Source: Eledone cirrhosa (Eukaryota). From it: 64,000 bases of DNA. Every line of letters starts with the position of its first letter. Position 1 is the first letter of the stretch. A program made the translations under genes and the position numbers. The DNA lies in the NCBI GenBank assembly GCA_964016885.1, contig OZ024740.1, positions 413,726,001 to 413,790,000 of the forward strand, read 5' to 3'. A model generated the notes under the pieces. That model did not search any database, was not told the origin of the DNA, and worked only from the letters and a program-made list of their open reading frames with translations. Shown piece after piece: positions 43,433 to 57,634 of this stretch.

Positions 43433-44096
43433 GCAGAAATTGACCAATACAGAATCCACTAAACATCTTTGGAATTTACCTACTTTTCAACCATCCTCTT
43501 ACGTAATCACCTATATAACTCACCCACACACACACCTCAACATTTTTTCTTTCTCCACACGCCACCTACACCCACAACACGCTTAAACCCCACACACACG
43601 TGCTTCCCACCACATATTTACACTCTCAGCCTCCTGATTCCTCTCCCCCCACCCCTCTATCCATACACGCACAGTCTTCCGACCCCCTCCCCCCCCCCCC
43701 CCACACACACACCTCTTCCTGAACATGCAACCCCGTTCTTCCCCCAACCCTTACTTTCACATACACACACACACACGCACACCTACACACACACACCACC
43801 TTCAGCCCTCCCCGCTCGGACACCCCGTCTCCCTCTCCCCACTCCACCCTCCACCACCCCTACACCCCCCACACCCTTCCTCCACCTGTTTTACCCCCCT
43901 TTTAATTTCAGTTTATTTTGATCATGCTTTTTAATTTTAATTTATTTGATTCCATGTATTTTGATCATGCTTTATTTTTAATTTTATCTTTATTTTTATC
44001 TTTATTTTTTTACTTTTTCATTCGCACCGTTTCCTTTCGCTATATGTCTCTCCACCACTCCCCTACACACCCTTTGAACTCTGTTCCCACACACTT

Positions 44097-44132
44097 CTCA
44101 CCTGAGGAAGGGCTTATGCCCGAAACGTCGTC
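44097..44132 (+). ncRNA. Minimal hammerhead core at the end of a C-rich PLE-like 3'UTR (43430-44222)
   Basis: CTGAGGA-AGGGC-TTAT-GCCC-GAAACGTC, with AATAAA ~35 nt downstream. Stem I is weak. Confidence 0.6.
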
Positions 44133-44219
44133 CCCCACCAACACCCCACTCTCCAGAGCGTGAAATTAATAAACATTCGTTGTACTGCCTCTCTGTTTTG
44201 TCCCTGTTCAAATTTTTCC

Positions 44220-44299
<80 letters not shown>

Positions 44300-44831
44300 T
44301 AGCGTAATACTGTAATACACCAAGCTATAACGATATAAATGATACTTAAGAAATCCAATAACTTAATATATAGATAGATAGTTTATTTTTTCTTACATAA
44401 AAATATAACAATATCTTAGAACAATAGTGACGATGTTCTGCTTGATATGTTATATTCATATCATAAAATCTGGCCAATTTAATACAATAAAAAGGCAACA
44501 CACGAAGTCGTATATATAGAAAATGACACGAATATAGATATAGAAACCCTAGAGAGATACATACATTAGACACACATATCTAAATGTTAACGGTGTGATA
44601 ATGAATGAAATGGTGAGGAAGAGAATGAAAATGAGATACGAAATCGTTCGAAGATTCGATAAATGTCAGCAACTGTATAAGTGTATATACGTATGTACGT
44701 TTAAATTTATATACACATACATACACATACTCATAAATGAGGCACATACTCACAAAAGATGCACATACAGACACACACACACTTACACATACACACATGT
44801 ATATATATATATATATATATATAAATATACA

Positions 44832-44999
44832 TAGCACACCGTCGGTTACAACGACGAGTGTTCCATTTGATAAGATCAAAGGTAGAACGGGCTCATGAAA
44901 TTAACATGAAAGTGACTGAGCATTCTTCAGATACGTACTTCTCAGGGAGATTCAGCGATATACAGTATGTGACAAGGCTGACCCTTCGAAATACAGGTA
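44832..44999 (+). mobile_element. Fragment of a SINE-like interspersed repeat
   Basis: GCTCATGAAATTAACATG..CTCAGGGAGATTCAGC..GTGACAAGGCTG resembles a repeat I recall from Octopus genomes. Not verified. Confidence 0.45.
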
Positions 45000-45510
45000 T
45001 CGAACTTCTGACCTTCCACTAAGCCACATATTTTCTAGTTCGATTTATTTGTTTGCTGTACTGTCTTTATTTTCTATTTCAAAGTAGCCTGGTAGAGTGC
45101 TTTAGGCAATCATCATACGCTTTCAATGTGAATCATTTGCCAATGTATGTTTCTGTAAATAGTCAGGTCTAATTTATCTTTTCTGTGACGTGACATCAAT
45201 TGTCACTAGAAGTTGAAAACTATTACAGTCACTCGCAACCAGCAACTGAATGTAATGGCACTCCATATTAGGCTTTGCATTACAGGTGGTGAACTCCCGT
45301 TGACGACATGTTCCAACGTCAAATTACGTAATGTATACTAACATTACCTAATATTCTTCACATGGTTGCTCCATTCGGAAAATTGCCAACAGGTCGGAAC
45401 TCTAGACACCAATACATCGGTCGAAGTATCTCAACTATCTTACCAGCACGAAGTCGTCTTCCTCACTGATTAACGTATATGTGCATTCTGACCAGTTAGA
45501 TTTGAATGTT

Positions 45511-45700
45511 AATAATTTTTTCTACCTTTGGCACAAGGCCAGTAATTACCCAGTGCATTGCTGTTACTTTATTTTATCTACCCCTTAAGGATGAAAGGCA
45601 AAGTTAACCTCGGCAGGATTTGAACTCAGAATGACAAGGGCCGTAACTCTATGCGTCAAAGCATGGTGTCCGACCCTCCATCGATACTGCCAATCCACCG
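45511..45700 (-). mobile_element. tRNA-derived SINE, full length
   Basis: Reverse complement of the 20096 family. Confidence 0.85.
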
Positions 45701-46419
45701 AACATATTTGGTTATTGAGCGAATGGGTAAATGACCGAAGCTATGTCCATTCTATTTGACAAGCTTCTTATAATATTAACTTCCACATGCCTAAATACCT
45801 GTCTGTGTGTGTTTATGTCCTATCTGTGTGCGTGTGTGCACATAAGTGTGACGGTACCTCCCGCAGACGGACACACGTCAAATATTATTCATGAAATGTT
45901 CTGCAATCTTAATTTATAATAAATGAACTCACAAGACTTTTCAGCGGTCATCGGGCTGTTAAACTCATTTGAGCCGAAGACACATTTCAGTTTAATCGAG
46001 CCACTTCAAAAGAGTTTAGGAAACCAGTAATGTCCAAAGCCTGTTCATTTATTCATTTATATTTTCATTTACATTTACATTTATTTATATTTATATTTAT
46101 ATTTATATTTACACACCTGTAACATCATCAGTGGTACTATTATGTTTCCTCCCGTTGATTGTATGTCTACGCCATTTCTATATTTACATTTACGTTAATT
46201 ATATTTTCATCTTTTACTATTTTTTCAACTTTCACTATATTTATTTATGGTGGTTTTTATTATTTTTATTACCATTACTTTATTGTCTTTATTTTATTTT
46301 CTATTATCTTCTATCCTGTACTCAACCTTTCCACCTTTTCTCATTTCTCTTTTATCTTTATTCTTTATGTTTATCTTCTAATTCCATCTCTTGTCCTTTA
46401 TTCCCTATTGTTCATCATT

Positions 46420-46565
46420 GTGAAGGCGCATGGCTTAGAGGTTAGCGCATTAGACTTGCAATCGAAATGTTGTGAGTTCAATTCTCGGACCGGGTGATGT
46501 GTTGTTTCCTTGAGCAAGACACATTATTTCAAGTTGCTTCAGTTTACTCAGCTGTAGAAATGAGA
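46420..46565 (+). mobile_element. Second tRNA-derived SINE type (CORE-like)
   Basis: A box TGGCTTAGAGG, B box GAGTTCAATTC, CORE-like TCCTTGAGCAAGACAC. Confidence 0.65.
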
Positions 46566-46920
46566 TGATAGGACTGGGGTCCTTATCATTAAATCACCTA
46601 AGACACCTCCAGCGAGATATAACTTGGAGGAGGCCAGCTAAACCTGCATAGGTGTGAGCTGTCACACGCACGCAGGCGTTCATCCTCCCATTTATTCATC
46701 CTTTCTTATTCTTTTGAACCTTATATTTCCTCTTCTATGTTCGTTTATTCCTCTTAACCGCTTTTTATTTTCTCTTTCTTTTTTTAATTTATTCAGTGTT
46801 TTACTTTTTCTTTTTTCTTTTCTTTATTCTATCCTCTCTCCAGCCAACCAATCAAAAGTGACGAACAATATTAAACCTTAGTTGAATGTATGTAGATATC
46901 TCTTGTCATTAAGGAGACTA

Positions 46921-47013
46921 CAGGCCTGATGAGATATCGATCCTAGAGTCGGGCTGGATCAATACTGATAATTCCTTGAGCTGATCGATCACGAAACGCG
47001 TGTCACGCATGAG
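46921..47013 (+). ncRNA. Degenerate hammerhead (27156 family)
   Basis: CTGATGA-GATATCGATC..GATCGATCAC-GAAAC-GCGT-GTC, then AATAAA. Confidence 0.55.
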
Positions 47014-47052
47014 TAAATAAAATGTTGATATTTTGACACCCCATTTCTACTC

Positions 47053-47186
47053 ATTGGCAGTATCGTTACAGGGTCGGATGCCATGCTTTGCAGCAAAGAG
47101 TTACGGCTCTTTATGGTCTGAGTTCAAATCCCGCCGAGGTTAACTTTGCCTTTCATCCTTACGGGGTTGATAAAATAAAGTACCAA
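47053..47186 (+). mobile_element. tRNA-derived SINE, 3'-truncated
   Basis: 20096 family head and core. Confidence 0.8.
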
Positions 47187-47432
47187 GTGCAACTATATTC
47201 ACAGTAAATTAGTAAATTTGATCATAATTGCTTAGACCACGGTTTCGGGTAACAAAGAAAAAATACCAAATACCATAATTAAAATGGTTTATTACTAATT
47301 TAAGCTCGTGTTGCAAAAGTATATTCTCAGATTTTTCAAGAAAATTGAAATAAATTACTTGTGCTGGTAACGACGTCAGGTAGACGACAGACTTTACAAC
47401 TAAACATCGTGCATGCATATTTAAAAAAGAAA

Positions 47433-47659
47433 GAATATGTGGTTTTTGCTTCAAAATGTAGCCGGTTCGACGTTAAAAAGCTGGAGATGAAGAGAAAAGC
47501 TAAAAATAGCTCACCAAACGACTATATATACAGTATATATATATATACAGTATATATACTGTATATATAGTCGTTTGGGAAGCTATTTTTAGCTTTTCGC
47601 TTAATCTCCAGCTTTTTAACGTCGAACCGGCTACATTTTGAAGCAAAAACCACATATTC
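47433..47659. repeat. Fold-back inverted duplication centred on a TA-rich spacer
   Basis: GAATATGTGG..CCAAACGACTATATA / TATATAGTCGTTTGG..CCACATATTC. Confidence 0.9.
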
Positions 47660-47679
47660 AGTATATATATATATATACA

Positions 47680-47769
<90 letters not shown>

Positions 47770-47772
<3 letters not shown>

Positions 47773-48150
47773 ATGATATTAAATAAATGGAAACTATATT
47801 TATAAAACCATATTTATTTTGTTATATATATTTCAAGGGTACCAAGACAACATTGCTACGCTTTCATCAGATAAAATACAAAGTTTGTCTTATAAATAGA
47901 GACATACCCATGAAAATCATACCTTATCGGTTAGAAAATCACTGGATAGTATTTTATCTGATGAAAGCGTACCAATGTTGTCTTTGTTACAATTGAAATA
48001 TATAGAATAACATAAATATGGTTTTAAAAATATAGTTTCCATTTATTTAATATCATTGAATATTTACTCCAGTACGCTGTTGAATGCTCTAAAGCAGTTT
48101 TAAACATTTATGTTTGTCGGACTTCCAACAAATTAAATAGCACTTCTACT
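47770..48150 (+). mobile_element. Mini PLE-like insertion with hammerheads in both inverted arms plus tail
   Basis: Arms 47771-47879 and 47949-48058. Minus-arm reading: TATTTTAT-CTGATGA-AAG..CTT-GAAATATATATA. Confidence 0.82.
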
Positions 48151-48242
<92 letters not shown>

Positions 48243-48246
<4 letters not shown>

Positions 48247-49210
48247 GATAAATCTACCAAGAGTTTACGGTAGTGTCCAATCCGTATGAAGAACTCAATG
48301 TATTCCGGATATCATGGAAAGAAGAGATGTAATGAAAAATCACTTTCGGTGAAAGATAAACGGTATACAGAGTCAAGATAAAATATTAAACAAATAATGA
48401 ATAAAACAATGAAACAGTTCCTTATATTAAACAAAAAAAGTTCATTATTTAACGATCGTTTCTAGGATATATATGTGTTAGAATTGGCATGCATATTCAA
48501 CAGATCTATGTACAAAATTATACAAAATTATACAAACTATCAAGATTAAATATACATACCAACACATATATACGCCGTCTTCAGAAATAATGAAATATAT
48601 TTATTGATAATAACAACAATTCAAAATTTCAGGTCCGTTTGGGAACAAAATTGACCAATGAAAATACAAAAGGTTTTATGCAGTTCGGTGTGTGTATATA
48701 CATGTAACTACCCTTACACATATTTTACAAAAATGTATGCTCAACTTGTATACGCATACCAAAAGGATGGATGCAAATACAAAATTTCAAGGTTAATGTC
48801 TCTGTAAGTTTACAATGCACAGATAAGATGCGTATAGACACATAAATATGAAATAAGTGTATACACATATTCTCATACTCACACATATCCGTACAATCAC
48901 ACACACGCGCGCGTATATGCATAAACATACACATAATTACGAACATACAAACACACACACACCCCCACTCACATATATATATGTGGATATAATATCATAA
49001 GCACATGGATATTAATTCACTCACATAAACACTACCACACACATTTAGATCAAGATACAGAAATTAGGTGGGAGGGGGGGAGAGGTCAGTATTCAACGGT
49101 TTGGGCAGACTGCTTATTATAGATGTATCTATAAACTAAGAAAATAAAAAATGAAAATTAAAAAGGAAAGAAAAGAAAAAGAAAAAAGAAAAAGGAAATA
49201 TATCAAGAAA

Positions 49211-49284
<74 letters not shown>

Positions 49285-49381
49285 ACATACATACATATAC
49301 ACACATCCACACTTAGAACATACATACACACACATATATAAACATATACATATACACACATACACACATATACACACATAC

Positions 49382-49434
<53 letters not shown>

Positions 49435-49711
49435 TACACATATAATCACACATACTATATAGACACACATATATATACACACATACACGCACATATACAT
49501 ACACATACATACTTATATACATACAGATATACACATACATACCTATATATACACACAAATACATACAGACATACATACATACATACACACAAATACTTAC
49601 GCATCCATATATCGGTATATACATACAAACACCACTACACTCTCACACAACTCAGACATACAAAGAAAAAGGTATATACCTATACACATATACATATACA
49701 AATAGAGATAC

Positions 49712-49770
<59 letters not shown>

Positions 49771-49958
49771 CACATATACACACATATACATACATACACA
49801 TACATACATGTACACACATACATATACATACATACACACATACACACATACATATATAGTCATACACACACATACACCTACACGAACATACACATACACA
49901 TATATAAAGATATATATACACACACACACATACACACACACACATATATATAACATAA

Positions 49959-50003
<45 letters not shown>

Positions 50004-50575
50004 CATATACATACACACATACATAGACATATATGTACATACATACACATACATACATACATACACACACATATATACATATATATACACACATAGACAC
50101 ATACATACATACACACACAACATACATACACACACATATATACTCATACAAATTAGATATATATTCATACATACATACGCACTTACATATACTCATATAT
50201 ACAAATACATACGCATCCATATATGCGTATATACATACAAACACCACTACACCCTCACACAACTCAGACATACAAAGAAAAAGGCATATACATATACATA
50301 TATACACGCATTAATAGAGATATATATACACACATATATATATATATATATATATACACATACATTTATATATATACACCCACACACACATACAACCATA
50401 AACACACATACAAACACACACATACACATATATATACACATACATATATATACACACACACAAAAAACAGACATACACATATATATTTTTTTACACATAT
50501 ATATACACATATATATACATATACACACTCTCACATATACACACATACACATAAGTTATATTATAATAATAAATA

Positions 50576-50616
<41 letters not shown>

Positions 50617-50851
50617 CGAATATAGACATATATACACACATATATATATATATATATATATACATATACACACACACACACTCACATATATATGTGCGCA
50701 CACGTACATATATATACATACACACATATACACGTAAACACATACATGTGCATACATGCACACACACACATATACCCACATAGATACGAAGATAGACATA
50801 TAAATAGAGAGACATACATATATATACACACACATATATACATACATACAT

Positions 50852-50894
<43 letters not shown>

Positions 50895-51693
50895 CACACA
50901 TACACGCCCACACACATATACACATATACACATATATATACATACACACATACACATACACATATATATATACACATGCATATATACACATATATATATA
51001 CATACACACATATATATACACACAATCTTACATTCTTATTTGCATGCGCATATATGTATTTTTATATTCAGATATAAATACCCAAACATATATACACCTA
51101 CCTACATATATATTCATACATACACGCTTACAAACACAGATGATAATAGTATGGGGGAAAGGGGGGGGGGGTTGGAGAAGGGGATTATAGTAAATATATG
51201 TTTCAAGAAACATAGAATATTATCTGTATCTGGATCCAATGTATGTTTTTACATAGTTTCAGTGTTAGGAAATACAAGAAATAAGGCAAAATTTATGCAT
51301 TTCAAAATAAATAAGTATACCATTAATTATATGTTAACTAAACTAAAGATAGTTAACATATTGATTTCTAAGGTGTAAATTAGTTAGGTTTATAATATTT
51401 GAAGCAGAATTTTGAAGTTAAATAGTAGTAGAGTATTAATTATAGTATAACTAAATTATAGTTAATAACGTTATGGTATCAATATTAGGAAATGAATTTA
51501 GTAATAGGGAAAATGTGTTGGTATGTATATTTAATCTTGATAGTTTGTATAATTTTGTATAATTTTGTACATAGATCTGTTGAATATGCATGCCAATTCT
51601 AACACATATATATCCTAGAAACGATCGTTAAATAATGAACTTTTTTTGTTTAATATAAGGAACTGTTTCATTGTTTTATTCATTATTTGTTTA

Positions 51694-51702
<9 letters not shown>
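48243..51702 (-). mobile_element. Naiad family B 3'UTR-only copy (48243-51511) with inverted arm (51513-51702)
   Basis: Colinear with 12127-15160 and 55222-60330. The inverted arm ends at AATATTTTAT before (TA)n. Confidence 0.88.
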
Positions 51703-51721
<19 letters not shown>

Positions 51722-51725
<4 letters not shown>

Positions 51726-53846
51726 ATAATGAAATGACAGGAGGCTGGATTTGTGTACATCCTTGAAAGGTTTATTATACTATGATCATTTCAATGACCG
51801 GGTTCCGTATGAATCCGGTGATATCATCAGGTATTCGAAATATAATAAGTGAATGTAATAGATAAAATTTCCCCATCTTACTCCACCACCCCTGTTGTTG
51901 GTCTATTTATATATTTATATATTTATACCTTTGCTTTCTTAATGTGCTTTTCCACGTATTTCACTTCTATGTAACCATGTATTTCTACTCCTCTTATTGG
52001 GACTTTTGCTCACTTGTACCCATTAGCACACGACACTAGAATGTCTCCCCCTGAGAACAAAAATAAATGTTACCCGACTATAATCCTTACTCTACAACCC
52101 ACTAGGATAGCTTATAGAAGATCTACATAATACAATTAACGTTTCTTCATAAAAGACTCTCTTTAACTAAACCCCGCAACCCAAAACCTTAAAAAAGTTT
52201 TTTTAAATGTTTAATTTTCAATTTTCTGTTTGTTCAATTCTTAATCTTCTTACTCTTTAATTTTATAATGTTATTCTGAATTCTTTCAACTTCATCCTAT
52301 AAATTTAAACAATATTTTAACGTTCCAAATTTCTGTCGGACTGTTGGGTTGGTTTTCCTGGCGGCGGGACCGGCCCCCTGGCGCATAGGCCTACCTTGAA
52401 TGCTTGGAAAAATAAATTTCCCCTTCTTTCGGTAAATGAAACTACTCGGAGTGGCTTGATTCACCCCAGGAGCCCGGCGCGCAGCCGATTTTTTAACCGC
52501 CATATAGTACCTTTAAATTACAGATCAAATCAGAACTATTAGATATATCACGCCTCCCTCTACTTAAACAAACCCCCCTCCTGGGTAAAGGAATAGTACT
52601 GGTTTTGTACAAGAATGGCCTAACGATGCGGGCTGACTTCCTGCTGGCGCAACTGAAGCCTGTTATACATTCCTAGGGTGCTCCGAAAAATCGACTTCCA
52701 TATCTTTCGCTAAGCGATATCACTCGGAGTGATGGGCTGGCCTAGCTTGTAGTCGCCGCATGCTGTTTGACGGCTAAACAAAGTCATAATCTTTACTCTA
52801 TAATAACATTTAAGTGTCTTTATAAAAGACTCTTTCTTTGCTTAAACCTCGCAACCTTAAAAATGTTAAACTGTTTAACTTTAAATTTTCTAATATCTTT
52901 AATATTAAATATTAATTTTTTAACTTCATTCTATAAGTCTAAACAAAAACGTAACGTTCCAATCTTCTGCTCACACATTATAACACACTGAACCCCACTA
53001 TATTTACCTCTGCTAAGATACGGGTCCCTGTGAAAAAATTTTTCGCGCCATTCCTGGCCTGACTGTAGTCTGACATTAATATCGACCTTTCTTCCTCTTT
53101 CTTTCTATCTTTCTTCTTGTAGCCATCAACCCTGATTTTCTACTTCTTCCTTTTCTTCCTTCTCTTCTCCCTTCTTTCTGTCTTCCTCCCGCTGACTTAT
53201 CTTCCTTCCCCTTTTGTTTGCCTATATTTGACCGGTAATAGTTGTTAAGATACGGGTGCCTTAGAATAAAAAAACTTTTCGCGACAATCCTGGCCTGACT
53301 GTAATACCGACCGTTCCTCCTCTTTCTTTCTGTCTTTCTTCTTATAGCTGACATTAACCCTGGCTTCTCTTCTTCTTTCTTTCTTTTTTCTTGTGGCATG
53401 ATATTAACGCTAACTTATGTCCCTATCCCTTTCTGTTTTCCTTTATTTGACCGGTAGTAGCACACTGTAAGCTTTAGCCACGTCACTCGAGGGCCACCGG
53501 CAAAGGTAGGAGATGCTGGATGGCGGTCGCCCTCGGGTCTTTGATTTTCAGCCCCATGGATTTTATCTATTACATTCACTTATTATATTTCGAATACCTG
53601 ATGATATCACCGGATTCATACGGAACCCGGTCATTGAAATGATCATGGTGTAATAAACCTTTCAAGGATTTACACAAATCCAGCCTCCTGTCATTTCATT
53701 ATAATATTTAACTCCGTAATAGCACCAACAACTACAAAAACAAAGACGGTTGAACTGCTTTACGTTGAGTACTCTCTATATTATTGCATTGTGATTGACC
53801 ATACGGAATTGACCAGCGCTATCCAGTGGTGAACCTCAAACCTGAA
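51722..53846 (+). mobile_element. PLE-like non-coding element G with inverted arm 51722-~51868 and hammerhead
   Basis: ATAC-CTGATGA-TATCACCGG..CCGGTCATT-GAAA-TGATCA-T(A/G)-GT at 53594-53651 (+) and 51777-51834 (-). Tail 53704-53846. Confidence 0.8.
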
Positions 53847-53867
53847 TATATATATCTATAGTTATGT

Positions 53868-54101
53868 AATAAACAACATAAGGCAATTATTCCATTTACC
53901 AGTGGTTTCTTAAAAGCAAAAGGTTTTGCTTTCAATCCTCAGAATGAAAAAATCCTGGTCTGTTTATTGAATTTGGATTTTAAAAACAAAAATGCAATCT
54001 ATATGAAAGTGAGGCTGGAGAAGGAAGAAGGAAAGGAAAAATAAAATGAAACTACACATGCAAACACACACAAAAACACGCACACCCACACACAAAAGCA
54101 T

Positions 54102-54174
<73 letters not shown>

Positions 54175-54874
54175 CACTCATACATACACACACACACATA
54201 TATACACACATATATGTGTATATAAATACACACATACACATACATAAACACATATATACATACGCACATAAATATCAACACATCCATACATACACATACA
54301 TATATACAACCACACACACATATATACACACATACATACACATAGAAACATAAATATAAATACATATACATACACACATATACATACATATATATATATA
54401 TATACATATACATGTATGTGTACAAGCATACACATACACAAACATAGCCATACACACATACATATACATACATACATACATGCACACAATCATACATATA
54501 TACACACGTACATACATACACATACATATATGCACTCCTCTACATATTCACACACACAAATAAATATAAGAAAAAATATATATATATAAAAAAATTCTTT
54601 TTAAATGTTGACAGCGATACAAACGGCGGGTAGCTGGACAGACACGCGTGGTAAGTAATACACACAAATGCACGTATACATACGTACGAAATAGTAAATA
54701 CATACATACACTCTCACACATAAATATACATATACAAATACATAAACACAGACATACACATACACAAATACATGCAGAAACACGCACACGCACACACATA
54801 TACATACATAGCTATACGATTATACACATACAAATACGTACATATCATAAACACGCACAACCAAATACAAACAC

Positions 54875-54957
<83 letters not shown>

Positions 54958-55148
54958 TACACATATACATGTGTGTGTGTGTGTAAAACTCAGTCTTAGA
55001 TAATTCATATGAACCTTACATATACATATATATAGTAGTAAAGTATTAAAGTAATAAGCAACATAAGGCAATTATTCCATTCACCAGTGGTTTCTTAAAA
55101 GCAAAGAATTGTTCCTTCAAACTTCAGAATGAAAAAAAACCTGGTCTA
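53868..55148 (-). mobile_element. Retrozyme-like element: hammerhead-bearing direct repeats 1185 bp apart around GU-rich low-complexity sequence
   Basis: CAACATAAGGCAATTATTCCATT..CCTGGTCT at ~53874-53961 and ~55059-55147. Confidence 0.7.
53891..53948 (-). ncRNA. Type I hammerhead ribozyme, canonical core
   Basis: TTCATT-CTGAGGA-TTGAAAGCAAAA-CC-TTTTGCTTTTAA-GAAAC-CACTG-GTA-AATGGA. Confidence 0.82.
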
Positions 55149-55173
55149 TCTACATATACATACATATACACAC

Positions 55174-55228
<55 letters not shown>

Positions 55229-56051
55229 TAAAAAAATAATGAATAAAACAATGAAACAGTTCCTTATATTAAACAAAAAAAGTTCATTATTTAACGATCG
55301 TTTCTAGGATATATATGTGTTAGAATTGGCATGCATATTCAACAGATCTATGTACAAAATTATACAAAATTATACAAACTATCAAGATTAAATATACATA
55401 CCAAACACACATATATGCCGTCTTCAGAAATAATGAAATATATTTATTGATAATAACAACAATTCAAAATTTCAGGTCCGTTTGGGAACGGAGTTCAAAT
55501 TGACCAATGAAAATACAAAAAATTTTATGCAGTTTGGTGTGTGTATATACATGTAATTAACTTCGTACACATATTTATACAAAGATATATGCTCACATGC
55601 ATACACATGCCAAAAAGATGTATGCAAATACAAAAATTCAAGGCTAATGTCTCTGTAAGTTTATAATCCACAGATAAAATGCGTATAGACACATAAATAT
55701 GAAATAAATGTATACACATATTCACATACTCACACATATCCGTACACTCACACACACACGCGCGTATATGCATAAACATACACATAATTACGAACATACA
55801 TACACACACACACCCCCACACACATATATATGTGGATATAGTATTATCATAAGCATATGGATATTAATGCACGCACATAAACACTGCCACACACATTTAG
55901 ATCAAGATACAGAAATTAGGTGGGAGGGGGGGAGAGGTCAGTATTCAACGGTTTCGGCAGACTGCTTATTTATAGATGTATCTATAAACTTAGAAATAAA
56001 AAGAAAAGAAAAGAAAAAGAAAAAGAAAAAAGAAAAAAGAAATATATCAAG

Positions 56052-56113
<62 letters not shown>

Positions 56114-56341
56114 CACACATACAACACACACACACACACATATATAAACGTATACATATATATATACACACACATATACACACATACATATATATATATA
56201 CACACATATATACACATATATACACACACACATATATACACACACATATATATATATACACGCACATATACATACACATACATACTTATATACATACAGA
56301 CATACACATACATACATATATATACACACATATACAAACAG

Positions 56342-56372
<31 letters not shown>

Positions 56373-56604
56373 TACATACACACACATACATATTCATACA
56401 TAGACATAGATATATATTCACACACACATACGCACTTACATATACGCATATATACAAATACATACACATCCATATATCCGTATATACATACAAACATCAC
56501 TACACTCTCACACAACTCAGACATACAAAGAAAAAGGTATATACATATACACATATACACACATAAATAGAGATACATATACACATACATATACATATAC
56601 ATAT

Positions 56605-56669
<65 letters not shown>

Positions 56670-56842
56670 TGTACACACACATACACATACATACATACAC
56701 ATATACATACATACATATATAGTCACACACACACACACACCTACACATACATACACATACACATATATAAAGATATATATACACACACATACATACACAC
56801 ACATATATAATAAATATATATATATATATATATATATACATA

Positions 56843-57100
56843 TGTAGGAGGTGAGTTTTATTGTAGTACAATAAAGCAATGCAGATATCGGATAAGAAGC
56901 ACTCTACAGTTTGTGGGACTGGAGTATGCATAATATAAGATCAAAAGATGGTTAAAGGAGTTCAATATATTTTATTATGCGCATTTCAAAAACAAACATC
57001 ATCAAACAATAATATTTGTGTTTTCATCAGATAAAACAGGAGAACATGATATGAAGGCTAAAAAAACACTTGTTGATAGTGCAGTTTTAAATCAACATAT
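56843..57100 (-). mobile_element. Nested mini PLE 3' end with hammerhead (56970-57036) and tail
   Basis: TTTTAT-CTGATGA-AAACACAAATATTATT..GATGATGTTTGTTTTT-GAAA-TGCGCA-TA-ATAAAA. Absent from the other family B copies. Confidence 0.78.
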
Positions 57101-57634
57101 CATACACATATACATTTACATATCCATATATACATATATATATACATATACATACACATATACATACATACATACACATACATACATACATATACACACA
57201 TATATATACACACATACACACATACATACATACACACACACATACATACACACACATACATACTCATACATAGACATAGATATATATTCACACACACATA
57301 CGCACTTACATATACGCATATATACAAATACATACGCATCCATATATGCGTATATACATACAAACACCACTACACTCTCACACAACTCAGACATACAAAG
57401 AAAAAAGTATATACATATACATATATACACACATAAATAGAGATACATATATACATATATATATATATACATACATATATATATATATCCACACACACAT
57501 ACAACCATAAACACACATACAAACACATACATACACACATATATACATATATATACACACACACACAAAAACACACATACACATATACATTTACATATCC
57601 ATATATACATATACACACCCTCACATATATATAT

